Shown here: positions 13,101 through 25,997 of the stretch, one piece after another | Layout of the letters: each line of letters opens with the position of its first letter | Numbering within the stretch: position 1 is the first letter of the stretch | Assembly: GCA_951406725.2 (NCBI GenBank) | Contig: OX597817.1 | Coordinates: 55,304,001 to 55,368,000, forward strand | Direction of reading: 5' to 3' | DNA: 64,000 bases | From: Octopus vulgaris | Lineage: Eukaryota | The notes under the pieces: generated by a model | What the model saw: the letters and a program-made list of their open reading frames with translations, nothing else | Databases searched by the model: none | What the model was told of the DNA's origin: nothing | Translations under genes and position numbers: made by a program

Positions 13101-13562
13101 CTCTCTCCCTCTCTCTTCCTCTCCTTTTCTCTCTTCATATTACACATGTTGTTTGGGGGTTGTTGTGGTAATCTTCTTGACAGTATATATGAATGGGTTG
13201 TGGCTACTTTGCAATAAGAGAATGTAAATCTCTTTCCGTTCCCTGAAAATTTAGCTGCGTTTTTGGTAAACACGGTGGTGGCACTGGTGACGCTGTTTCT
13301 ATTGTGTTCGTGTTGATGGCATTGCAGGTAGTGGTTGTCGTCATAATTGTTGTTGTAGTTGTTGTTTGTAGTGGTATAGTTTTTCTCGTTGTTTCATTTC
13401 ATTCTTCGCGCCACCCTCAACCCACCCCTACATCCGATTTAATTTTGCTTCCTTTTGAATATGTTCTGCTATATCTAGGAAAGAGTGCTTGCAAATTGTG
13501 TTTTGGAATATTGCCAAAATATAGAATATCAAGGATGACTTCCTCCTCATCATCACCATCAA

Positions 13563-13596
<34 letters not shown>

Positions 13597-13639
13597 GTAG
13601 GAGGAGGAGAAGAAGAAGAAGTATTAAAAGTAATGGTAA

Positions 13640-13671
<32 letters not shown>

Positions 13672-14337
13672 ATTAACTGTTATTAACAACACTTGTAGTT
13701 TTCATCATATGGCAAATAATATGTAGGATACAACGAAGGGAGATAAATTCAATAACATTAGATTTCTTTTCACTTCCGGGACGGATAAACCGAAAGAAAT
13801 GGCGCAAAACTACCAGCTGTGCTAATATACAGATAAATTAGATAATGTGGTATTCATAGCTTTCCATCATAGATCTTATTGTTACAGACGCATTTTGAAA
13901 TAGTATACTGTATTGTTAATAAATTTGGCAATGTTATGATAATTGTAACAGAGATATAATCTTACTGCAATTGTGAATCAAAACTGCGAAGCACTCGTGA
14001 CTTGACATAGTGGGAGCTCTTGCCTTCGTTTCATAGCAGTTCCTATTGATGCCTTGAAGTCCGTAGCGTAGTTGTTCTTATTGCTGTTGTTGGTGTAGGG
14101 TGCTGCTGCGGCAAGTGGCGCTAGTGATGTCGGCCTGCCAAAATCAATAGATCAATAGAAATAACGGCGGTGATGGATTGGTAGAATTGGTGGAAATTTG
14201 GATAGAGTGTCAGTATTTTATTTACGCCAATGCAATTTCTGATTTCGAATGACGCCAACGGGTGAACTTTTCTTTTGTCGTCATTTGCTCAACAAAATAA
14301 TGTAGGCCTTGTTGCCTAGAGTAGAAGAGAATATATA

Positions 14338-14752
14338 TTTCTTTATTGCCCACAAGGAGTTAAACATAGAGGGGACAAACAAGGACAGACAAAGGGATTA
14401 AGTCGATTACATCAACCCCAGTGCGAAACTTGTACTTTATTTATCGATCCCGAAAGGATGAAAGGTAAAGTCGACCTCGGCGGAATTTGAACTCAGAAGG
14501 TAACGACAGACGAAATACCTATTTCTTTACTACCCACAAGGGGCTAAACACAGAAGAGACAAACAAGGACAGACATATGTATTAAGTCGATTACATTAAC
14601 CCCAGTACGAAACTGGTACTTAATTTATCGACCCCGAAAGGACGAAAGGTAAAATCGACCTTGGCGGAATTTGAACTCAGAACGTAACGACAGACGAAAT
14701 ACCGCTAAGCATTTCACCCGACGCGCTAACGTGTCTGCCAGCTTGCCGCCTT
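14338..14752 (-). mobile_element. SINE family B dimer
   Basis: Same unit as 1637-2235, with TSD-like agaa..gaatata flanks. Confidence 0.8.
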
Positions 14753-14951
14753 CACCAGAAACGAATATAAAGGCGCTTCAGTACTTACTGCTACTTTATT
14801 TCATCGATGCTGGAAGGATGGAAGGCAAAGTCAGCTGAGGTGGAATTGAAGTCCGAACTTAAAGTCCGAGGTTGATACAAATGCCTATATATTTTCCTTC
14901 TTCAATTTAAGGTAGTGAGCAGGGATTAGTAATTAATATTTAACTGTAATA

Positions 14952-15715
14952 CAGTGATGCCTCGCAGTACAAGTTTAATTCGTTCCATGACTGAGTTTGT
15001 CTTACGATTTATTCGTTTTACAAATCAATTTTCGCCATTAAAATTAACTACTCTTTTACTTGTTTCAGTCATTTGACTGTGGCCATGCTGGAGCACCGCC
15101 TTTTAGTGCGCAAATCGACCCCAGGACTTATTCTTTGTAAGCCTTGTACTTATTCTATCGGTCTCTTTTGCCGAACCGCTAAGTTACGGGGACCAGCATC
15201 GGTTGTCAAGCGATATTGGGGGAGGGGACAAAAACAGACACACAAACATATAGACACATATACATATATATATATATATATATATACATATATACGACGG
15301 GCTTCTTTCAGTTTCCGTCTACCAAATCCACTCACAAGGCTTTGGTCGGCCCGAGGCTATAGTAGAAGTCATTTACCCGAGTTGCCACGCAGTGGGACTG
15401 AACCCGGAACCATGTGGTTCGTAAGCAAGCTACTTACCACATAATTAACGCCTTCCAGCCCCACTAAACTACTCAAAAATATATTTTTTATGGCTGTTTA
15501 AATAGGGAAGTTTAAAATGATAATTATATAAAAAAAAAGAATGCAAAAGAAATATGTAAATTGGATTTTTTTACTGAATTGTCTTAAAAATGGAACGACT
15601 TCTGTGTTCGTACTGCAGATTTCCACTCGTATTTCAAGACAAAAATTGGCACGAATCTCGGCTTGCACAGCAAATTACTCGTACAACGGGGCACTCGTAC
15701 TGCGATGTTCTACTG
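14952..15715. mobile_element. Tigger/pogo-like MITE with nested SINE
   Basis: TIRs cagtgatgcctcgcagtacaagt / actcgtactgcgatgttctactg. A SINE is inserted at about 15050-15442. Confidence 0.65.
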
Positions 15716-15871
15716 TTTTTCACATTTTGAATTAAACATTTACCTTCCATATGAAGTTCGTTGTGTGAAATGGAATTAATGCATCTAGACTCAATCGATC
15801 TTGAATGCTCTAGTTATTCTTTCAAAAAAATAAAAAGCGTTTTCCGCAGGTTATAATAAAACTGCTTTGTA

Positions 15872-16489
15872 AAGTGGCGAACTTGCAGAAGCGTTAGCAC
15901 GCCGGGCGAAAAGCTTAGCAGTATTTCGTCAGCCGCTACGTTCTGAGTTCAAATTCCGCCGAGGTCGACTTTGCCTTTCATTCTTTCGGGGTCGATTAAG
16001 TAAATACCAGTTACGCACTGGGTCGATGTAATCGACTTAATCCGTTTGTCCTCTCTGTGTTTATGTCACTGTGGGTAGTAAAGAAATAAGTATTTCATCT
16101 GTCTTTGAACTCGTTCGGAGTTCAAATTCCGCCGAGGTCGACTTTACCTTTCATCCTTTGAAGGTCGATAAATTAAATACCAGTTACGCACTGATGTCGT
16201 AATCAACTTAATCCCTTTGTCTCTCCTTGTTTGTCCCCTGTATGTTTAGCCCCCCCCCCCCTTCCTTGTGGGCAATATAAAAATTAGAAGCATTAGCACG
16301 CCGGGCGAAAAGCTTAGCAATATTTCGTCTGTCTTTGAACTCGTTCTGAGTTCAAATTCCGCCGAGGTCAACTTTACCATTCATCCTTTGAGGGTCGATA
16401 AATTAAGTACAAGTTGCGTACTGGCGTCGATCTAATCGACTGGACTCCTCCCCCAAAATTTCGGGCTTTGTGCCTTGAGTAGAAAAGAA
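15872..16489 (+). mobile_element. SINE family B trimer
   Basis: Head aagtggcgaacttgcagaagcgttagc, three core repeats, tail gccttgagtagaaaagaat. Confidence 0.8.
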
Positions 16490-17000
16490 TAAAACTGGTT
16501 TGTACTGTTGGTGGATGCAGTGTAACTTAATCTCAATTCCCAGATAATCACAGCTGACTTTTTTCGTAATTTAATTTGCCACTTACAATGATTTAGCATT
16601 AGCAGAATTTTCTACCTAGGTTGCCTTGAACTAGGATCGAAAGAGGAACCTCTTGGTTATTGAACAATCTCGATTATCTCAAAATTATGCACTTCTCGAA
16701 TTACATAAATATCAACTATTTAATTATCTGGAGTCAATTAATTATATTATGTTCCCAAAATATTTACACTTACATTATTGCCATTGATAAGACAAGTGCG
16801 AAAATATTAGATTGTAAATCTGTTGATAGTCATTTCAAAACTGACGCCCGATGTTTGCTTTTATAGGCAGACTAATTTATTGTAGATCAGGGCTGTTCAC
16901 CTTGATGAAACGTCATCGGAAGAATGTTACTAGTGACAGGTCAATCCAATTTAAGACAAGTTTCGTCTCTCTTGTTTATGCTATGAAGTCCAACAAAGTA

Positions 17001-17246
17001 TAGGGTGGCCCCAAAATAGGTTTACAGTTATTGAACGATCTCTTTCGCATCCACATATTAACAGTTTAGATCTTAATTATAATATATATATATATATATA
17101 TATGAAACCATTATTCTATACTAATGTAGTTAATTTTGTCAAGCTCCCTTTTCATTTTGTAAGACAGAAATTTAATGTAATAAAACGTTTTAAAAGAAAT
17201 TTAAACGCCTACGTGATAACCGTAAATCTACTTTTGGGTCACGCTG
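17001..17246. mobile_element. Tc1/mariner-type MITE
   Basis: TIRs tagggtggccccaaaataggtttacagtta / taaccgtaaatctacttttgggtcacgctg with TA flanks. Confidence 0.7.
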
Positions 17247-17933
17247 TATATTATATGCCCCTCTTAAACAATATAAGTGGAATTATATATGATGATGCTA
17301 AGGCGGTCATTTAGCAGAATCGTTAGTGCACAGCTTATAAGTTTATATCCTCAGTTCAATTCCAACCGAGGTCAGCTTTGTTTTCCATTTTCCCAAGGGC
17401 GATGAAATAAAGTACCAGTCAGATATCGGAGGCGATTTATTCGATGTTTGTCTTTCCTCAAACGTGAGGGATTGTATGTCTGCGATAATTATCACAAGTA
17501 GAAATGAGAGGCGGTGTTGAAAGAAAGCAAAGGAGAATAGGAGAAAGAGAAGTAGAGCGAGAGAAGTAGATGAGTAGAAGGCGTAAGAGGAAATTATGAG
17601 TTTAGGGGTGTGCGTCTAAAAATAGGGAGACAATGAAACTAAGGAAAAATAATAGGTTTTTAATTACGTTGTTGAAGTTGATTTACCACAAGCAAACCTC
17701 TACCCAGAGAATTTACCAGCGCAAGAACAAAAAAATTTAAGGTAAGAATTACCACTTTGTCTACATTACCATCACATATGTTTCAATTATTTTCGCATCA
17801 TAACCGATGCATCTATTTATATTCGCATTCAGAAGAGATTTACTTAAACCAGTAAATTACGTTGTTGAAGTTGAGAAAAATGTAACCTTTATACAAAATT
17901 AGTTGAAATAAATTCTTTGTGGTGTTGTTATAA

Positions 17934-18519
17934 TTTCTTTACTACCCACAAGGGGCTAAACACAGAGGGAACAAACAAGGACAGACAAACAGATTAAGTC
18001 GATTATATCGACCCCAGTTCGTAACTGGTACTTAATTCATCGACCCCGAAAGGATGAAAGCCAAAGTCGACCTCAGCGGAATTTGAACTCAGAACGTAAC
18101 GGCAGACGAAATACCTATTTCTTTACTACCCACAAGAGGCTAAACACAGAGAGGACAAACAAGGACAGACAAGGGGATTAAGTCGATTACATCGACCCTA
18201 GTGCGTAATTGGTACTTAATTTATCTACCCCGAAAGGATGAAAGGCAAAGTGAACCTCGGCGGAATGTAACGGCAGACGAAATACCTATATCTTTACTAC
18301 CCACAAGGCTCTAAACACAGAGGGGACAAACAAGGACAGACATAGTTATTAAGTCGATTATATCGACCCCAGTGCGTAACTGGTACTTATTTAATCGACT
18401 CCGAAAGGATGAAAGGCAAAGTCGACCTCGGCGGAATTTGAACTCACAACGTAACGACAGACGAAATACGGCTACGCATTTCACCCGGCGTGCTAACGAT
18501 TCTGCCAGCTTGCCGCCTT
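17934..18519 (-). mobile_element. SINE family B trimer
   Basis: Three units; flanking direct repeat tttgtggtgttgttata on both sides (TSD). Confidence 0.85.
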
Positions 18520-19304
18520 TTTGTGGTGTTGTTATACCCTGTCACATTCCTCTGCCGGGGTACTGCCACGGAGACATTTGATGGGAGCCTACCCTATTGC
18601 AAGTATATGCAAGCAGAACTTTTTTCTATTCTTCCTAGATATTTTGGAAGCTGTCACGTGAGTTGCGGTTGCTTCTTACTCGAATCGTTAATTAAATAGA
18701 ATATGAATTAAAATTCGTTGTGAATGCGGAATAGAATGTCTCAAATTTTGTGTTCATGGAAATATTCATATATACTTAGTATAGAAGCGATTTCGATTAT
18801 TCAGGTCCTCGCCGAAAATGGTCATCTGATGCCATGACCAAAATATCGGTATATTCATGTTGCTTACAACTATAGCAACAATACGTATATTATTCTACAT
18901 ACAATTCAACAACGGTTGCTGTTATTTCCAAATTTATCTGAATTATTCATATACTGGAGGAAAACTATCAAAAAGAATAGTTTAGAATAGTTTATATATG
19001 TTAATCTGATAATCGATGGCGCTTCTTTTTCTTACTCTAAATTGGTTATGGAAACATTTTTGTGTTTTATTTCAGTGGATATTTACGATGGAGGTGGGAA
19101 AGATTGTGATCAATAATAGCTCGCGGCATGAACGTTGAGGGTCTATCAAACACGATGTTTTACAGTGCTAAACATTTATAGTAGAGGTATATATGTATGA
19201 GTACGAGTGTGGGCTTGGCTGGAGGGAGAGGTTAGAAAAACGATTAATAATACTCACTTCCAATGAATTGCAGGAAATTTATTTAAGGAGTCCAATGAAA
19301 TGCA

Positions 19305-19346
<42 letters not shown>

Positions 19347-19354
19347 CTCCACTT

Positions 19355-19970
19355 AGGCGGCGAGCTGGCAGAAAGGTTAACACACAAATGTTTAGCGGTA
19401 TTTCGTCTGTCTTTTCGTTCTGAGTTCAAATTCAGCCGAGGTTGACTTAGCCTTTCATCCTTTCGGGGTTGATAAATTAAGTACGAGTTGCGTACTGGGG
19501 TCAATCTAATAGACTGGCCTCCTCCCCCAAAATTTCGGGTCTTGCTGCCTAGAGAAGAAAAGAATATGTTAAAAGTGGTGAGCTGGCAGACATGGTAGCA
19601 CGCCGGGCAAAATGCTTAGCGGTATTTCGTCTGCTGCTACGTTCTGAGTTCAAATTCCGCCGAGGTCGACTTTGCCTTTCATCCTCTCGGGGTCAATTAG
19701 ATAAATACCAGTTTCGCACTGGGGTCGATATAATCGACTTAATCCGCCTGTCTGTCCTTGTTTGTCCCCTCTGTGTGTAGCCCCTTGTAGTCAGTAAAGA
19801 AATAGGTATTTCGTCTGTCTTCATGTTCTGAGTTCAAGTTCAGCCGAGGTCGACTTTGCCTTTCATCCTTTCGGGATCGATAAATTAAGTACCATTTGCG
19901 TACTGGGGTCGATCTAATCGACTGGCCTCCTCCCCCAAAATTTCGAGCCTTGCTGCCTAGACTAGAAACA
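19355..19970 (+). mobile_element. SINE family B monomer + dimer
   Basis: Two heads (ggcggcgagctggcagaa, gtggtgagctggcagac) and three cores. Confidence 0.8.
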
Positions 19971-21757
19971 AATATAATGGCGCTTCAGTAATTAATGCTA
20001 CTTTATTTCATCACCACTGGAAGGATGGAAGGCAAAGTCAGCTGATGTGGAATTGGGGTCCGAATTAAAAATGTCATAACCTAACACTCCGGCAGGCTTT
20101 ACACGACAAGAAAAACCTCTGCCAATCTATCATGCACCCATTTCTTCCCAGCATTTCAAATAAGAACCCTAAATTTAACATCGAAAGATAACAAGTTCAG
20201 CCGTGGGAGTTTTATTTCATTCTTTTTTATGTTCCTGTGTTTCATCTTTTATTTATTTCAGTGATTAGACTGTGGCCATGCTGGATCTTTGCTTTGAAGA
20301 ATTAATTTATTTTAGTCGAATGAATTGACCCTAGTATTTAACATTTTTCAGCCTGGTGCTTATTCTGTCGGCTTCTTTTGTTACAGGGATGTAAACACAC
20401 CAACACCGTTTGTCAAGCGGTGGTGGCGGAGAAACACAGACACAATGACACATACACATACTCATACACACACACACACACACACATATAGATATATATA
20501 TGGGAGTGACTGTGTGGTAAGAAGCTTGCTTCCCAGCCACATGGTCCCGGGTTCAGATCTACTGTGTGGCACCGTGGTTAAGTGTCTTCTGCTATAGCCT
20601 CGGGCCGACCAAAGCCTTGTGAGAGGATTACGTATCCGGAAACTGAAAGAAGCCCGTTGTCTGTGTATATATATGTCTGTGTGTGTGTGAGTGTATTTGT
20701 GGGTCTGTGTTTTTCCCCCACCCCCGTCGCTTGACGACCGATATTGATGTATTTACATCCCCGTAACGTAGCAGTTTGGCAAAAGTGACCGATAGAATAA
20801 GTACTAGGCTTACAAAGAAAATAGTCTTGGGGCCGATTTCAATTACTAAAGGCGGTGCTCCAGCATGGCCGCAGTCAAATGACTGAAAGAAGCAAAAGAG
20901 TAGATATGCGACAGGCTTCTTTCAGTTTCCGTCTACCAAATCCACTCACAAGGCTTTCATCAACCCAAGACTATAGTAGAATATACCTGCTCATGGTACC
21001 ACGCAGTAGGACTGAACTAGTGATTATGGGGTTGAGAAGGAAACTTCTTACCATACATCCACGCCCGCGTTATTGTATATAAGTATTTCATTGTATTTGA
21101 GAAATTTCTTTAGACTGGATTATAACCACCAAATCCTTGAAATTCTAATCCTAAATTTCTTTTCTCCGTTCATTGTCTTTGTGTTGTAAACAGAAAAATT
21201 GCTTCACAACAATGCTGGAAGTAGATGTATTCATTCTTTCAATTTAATAATTCATACACTCCATGTATATTGAGAAATTTTGTTCGCATACTAATTGTTA
21301 ATTCAACCGTAATTGCATAATCAATTAATTCATATATGTGGTGCACGTTCTGCCCGTTTACAAATATTCAAAGGTGTTTTAGAAATATTATAAAATCTAT
21401 AAAAAGCGTTACTGGGAGAACATACACGGCTCTAACTGTAACGATGCTGATAATAGCCAACGAAGTTGAATTTTAATTCTCATAGTTTTAAAGTATGCAT
21501 GTTCTCTTTTCAGCCTATGAATAGAAAATTAATTCTTTTACAGCTAGCTACGTTAGATATGCTCTTTCGCAATGTGTATATGTATATATGTGTGTATGTT
21601 CATGCGTATTTTTGTGTGTATAAACATATAATTAAATGCATGTATTTATTGGCATATATAGGTATGTATGTGTGTGTATACGTGTATATGTATGTATATA
21701 TATATATGTACACGTAATGTATTTGTATCTATCTACATATGTATGCATGTATATATA

Positions 21758-21803
<46 letters not shown>

Positions 21804-22348
21804 CATATCTACATATATGTATATATGTCTATATATATATATGTATATGTTGTTTGTCAGCATTGAAAGAAAAAAATAACGGGCGCAACTAATCTAATAA
21901 TAACAAATTATCCAACAATAGTCCTCGAGGTTAACTAATTAATTGTCATTAAAAATGCTAACCAAATATTTTACATTGGTGGAAGAAGAAAACGACGAAA
22001 TTACAAAATACAAACAGCGCGCGGACCAAACGATAAACAACAAAATAAACGCGAAGCTGAGACGAGGAGAGACCTGAGCGGAATGGTAAAGAAAGTATAA
22101 AACTGGAAAGAGTGAAAGAAAGAACAAAGAAGAAATCCTAGATAAAAGCTATTTCATTAGCCATGGGGCAAATCGAAAATTATTGGCTGATTAAGAAACG
22201 TTTGTTTTAGAAAATAAAAGTAAGGAAAACGAGGGGATTTGAGACGCTGGGGAAAACGGGAAGAAAATGGCGAACACCGGCGGGTGTTTTCACCATAATG
22301 AAATAACATTGCTTTACTTTATTCCGTTTGTTGACTGTTATTGCTGTT

Positions 22349-22387
<39 letters not shown>

Positions 22388-22476
22388 TGTGTATACACAT
22401 AGACAGACAGAGGTGCATGCATATATCCATATATTCATACATGTACAAATGCATACAAGTATTTGTGTTTTCATTT

Positions 22477-22532
<56 letters not shown>

Positions 22533-22679
22533 GAACACATGTATGCATGCGTATTTACATATATAAGGGCATATATGCGTATATAAGAATGTGTGTGTAT
22601 GTGTGTGTGATGTTCTGATACAAATTTACACGGAAATACCTGAAAAATTGTGTACACAAGCAGAAAAACATGTGTTCGC

Positions 22680-22746
22680 ATGCTTATATATATACATATG
22701 ATATATATATATATATAAAATGTATAACTATATATATATATGCATA

Positions 22747-22794
<48 letters not shown>

Positions 22795-22797
22795 TAC

Positions 22798-22849
<52 letters not shown>

Positions 22850-22868
22850 ATATATAATATATAATATG

Positions 22869-22903
<35 letters not shown>

Positions 22904-22931
22904 ATGATATATTATATATATATATATATAT

Positions 22932-22984
<53 letters not shown>

Positions 22985-23207
22985 TATACATATGATATAT
23001 ATATATATATAAATATATACATATGATATATATATATAATATATACATATATATATATATATAAATATATACATATATTATATATATATAAATATATACA
23101 TATGATATATATATATATAAATATATACATATGATATATATATATATAAATATATACATATGATATATATATATATAAATATATACATATGATATATATA
23201 TATATAA

Positions 23208-23246
<39 letters not shown>

Positions 23247-23292
23247 ATATATATATATATTTATATATATGATATATATGTTTATATATATA
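22680..23292. repeat. long compound (TA)n microsatellite with about 30-bp higher-order unit
   Basis: The unit atatatataaatatatacatatgat is repeated about 8 times at 22980-23220. Confidence 0.9.
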
Positions 23293-23505
23293 GGGAGAAA
23301 GAGAGAGAGAGCGGGAGACATATATGCATACGACATACAAGCTTGTATAAACAAGTGTGCGTATATATCTAGTCGTCGTTCGTGTAAATATATATCCGTA
23401 CAAATACATACTACGTCTGTGTGTTTTCGAATTCATACCTGTACACTAAGAATCGTTATATCATTTTCTTGCTGTGCCCTAAGTGTGATTACATGTGTGT
23501 ATATG

Positions 23506-23560
<55 letters not shown>

Positions 23561-23565
<5 letters not shown>

Positions 23566-23671
23566 GGAGCTTCTACAGGACTAGAACTGTTTCATTCAAA
23601 AGAAATCATCAGGAAGCTTCCTGATGATTTCTTTTGAATGAAACAGTTCTAGTCCTGTAGAACTCCTTCTA
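23561..23671. ncRNA. palindromic pair of type I hammerhead ribozymes (one per strand), same family as 7400-7454
   Basis: 56/55-nt inverted arms with no spacer, centred on gaag|cttc (23616/23617). Each arm has CTGATGA-tttcttttgaat-GAAACAG-ttctagtc-CTGTA-gaa(g)ctcc. Confidence 0.8.
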
Positions 23672-23746
23672 TATAATAAATTAATTTACTCTGCTATGTA
23701 TTGAGTACCTTATTTACTGTGGTTAACCCCGACTCAACCTGGGACC

Positions 23747-23791
<45 letters not shown>

Positions 23792-24218
23792 GTATGTATG
23801 TATGTATGTATATATACATATATACACGGGCGCATGCATACACATACACGTATATATTTGCTTGCCTGCTAAAATCATTTCCTACTCTTTCTTCCCCCTC
23901 TCCCATTCTCCCTCTCTCTCTCTCTCTTTCCTCTCTTTTAGTATTTTTATATATTTCTCCCTTCGTTTTCAACCCTTGGAAATAATTTCCGTCAGAAGGA
24001 GGCCGACAACCACACAAAATACATCTACAGGTTTCAGCTGTCATAATACATTCTACGAAGCAGGTTTGGCTGTGTGGTAGACAACTTCCTTCCCAGCCAC
24101 ATGGTTCCAGGTTCAGTCTCACTGCGTGGCACCATGGGCAAGTGTCTGCTACTATAGCCTCAGTTCAACCAAAACCTTGTGAGTGGAAATGGTAGACTGA
24201 AACTGAAAGAAGCCCGTC

Positions 24219-24270
<52 letters not shown>

Positions 24271-24776
24271 GCATGCATCCTTTTCCAAATAAGTTTTAGC
24301 TGTATGTATATATATATATATATATATATACAATATATATATGTGTGTGTGTCTGTGTTTGTCCCCCACCCCACCATCACTTGACAACCGATGCTGGTGT
24401 GTTATCGTCCCCGTACATTAGTGGTTCGGCATAGAGACCGATAGAATAAGTACTAGGCTTACAAAGAATAAGTGCCGGGGTCGATTTGTTCGACTTAAGG
24501 CGGTGCTCCAAAATGGCCGCAGTCAAATAAGTGAAACAAGTAAAAAAATAAAGCAATAAACGTAATTTATCCTCAGATTTTCGGTTGCTCTTTTATACAC
24601 TTGAATAGATTACAGTGTGCATGTACGGGTAGCATATACGTGTAGCATTTGAATTTTTCTATGCAAAGATTTCTTGACCTCATATACTCCGCTCTACTCG
24701 ACACCGATAAAAGTGAACTATTGTTTCACGTCTCTTGCAGTTTCGAAATCCTTATGATGTAAGTGTTCACCTAGAT

Positions 24777-25126
24777 CAGGGGTTTCCAACAGGTGTCCAT
24801 CTGACCCTTCTAGGTTCATGTAAGGATTTTGTCGTTAAAATATGTGCAATGAATTAGTTTTACTGTTAGAATACACAAAAGTATTATTTTCTTTTCTTTC
24901 TTTTAATTGTTTCAATCATTTGACTATGGCCATGCTGGAGCACCACCTTTAGTCGAACAAAATAGAACCCAGGACTTATTCTTTGTAAGCCTAGTACTTA
25001 TTCTATCGGTCTCTTTTGCCTAACTGCTAAGGTACGGAGATGTAAACACACCAGCATCGGTTGTCAAGCGATGTTGGGGGGGACAAACACAGACACACAA
25101 ACATATACATACACATACATACATAC

Positions 25127-25161
<35 letters not shown>

Positions 25162-25468
25162 CGACGGGCTTCTTTCAGTTTCCGTCTCCCAAATCCACTC
25201 ACAAGGCTTTGGTTGGCTATAGCAGAAGACACATGCCTAAGGTGCGAAACATTGGGACAGAACCCGGACTGGTGTGGTTGATAAGCAAGCTACTTACCAC
25301 ACAGCCACTCTTGCACCTATGTTAACTATATTATATTAAATTCCTAATAATAATTAACTATAAAATATAACAGAATTCTTTAAACATTGAATAGCTAGCA
25401 GGATTCTTCCGTGTAAGAATGAGATCAAAGGGGTCTATCAGTTAAAATAAAATGGTAGAGAACCACTG
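24777..25468. mobile_element. hAT-like MITE with nested SINE
   Basis: Ends caggggtttccaac / gtagagaaccactg; degenerate 8-bp TSD acctagat/acttagaa. Confidence 0.6.
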
Positions 25469-25720
25469 ACTTAGAATTTATTTCGGTACAATATCAGGAA
25501 ATGTGCTCAATAGAAAACTCTGAACTAATAAAATAATGTAGCAAGCAGCAATTATTTTAGTATGACACATGATCAGCGATTTGGGCAAGGATACTAGGAC
25601 AGCGAATTTGGATGGAGAAAGGGAAAAAGGAGGAAACCAAAAGAAAATGTGGTTGGATATTCATGAGTAAAATCACCGTGAAGGTTCACCGATGTAAAAA
25701 TATGTGTAAAGAGTAACAAC

Positions 25721-25997
25721 TATCCGGATTTATTTCACTTTTGAACTTGGTTTGCAAGATTCTTTATGTGAGTTCGTGTGTTGAAGCATATTCTGTTGTG
25801 TTTGGGGAGAGCCAATTTCTTTTTGTGCCTTATTATGTAACACACTAATCGGTAAAATTTCCACTTTTTTCCTATTTTTATTTGTCCTTTTAGGACAAAT
25901 AAAAATAGGAAAAAAGTGGAAATTTACCGGTGAGTGTGTTACATAATAAGGCACAAAAAGAAAATGACTCTCCCCAAACACAACAAAATATCCGGAT
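25721..25997. mobile_element. fold-back (about 100-bp arms) pLTR-like insertion flanked by tatccggat direct repeats
   Basis: About 25790-25888 is the reverse complement of about 25892-25990. tatccggat occurs at 25721 and about 25989. The same family occurs at 33975-34170. Confidence 0.7.

Noticed and set aside
19076-19186. Candidate exon after ttttatttcag
   Set aside because: The frames I checked contain stops and the donor is weak; it is unsupported without RNA data.
22728-23436. Long IY-repeat ORFs (also at 36.8, 39, 48 and 52 kb)
   Set aside because: These are translations of (TA)n/(CA)n microsatellites.
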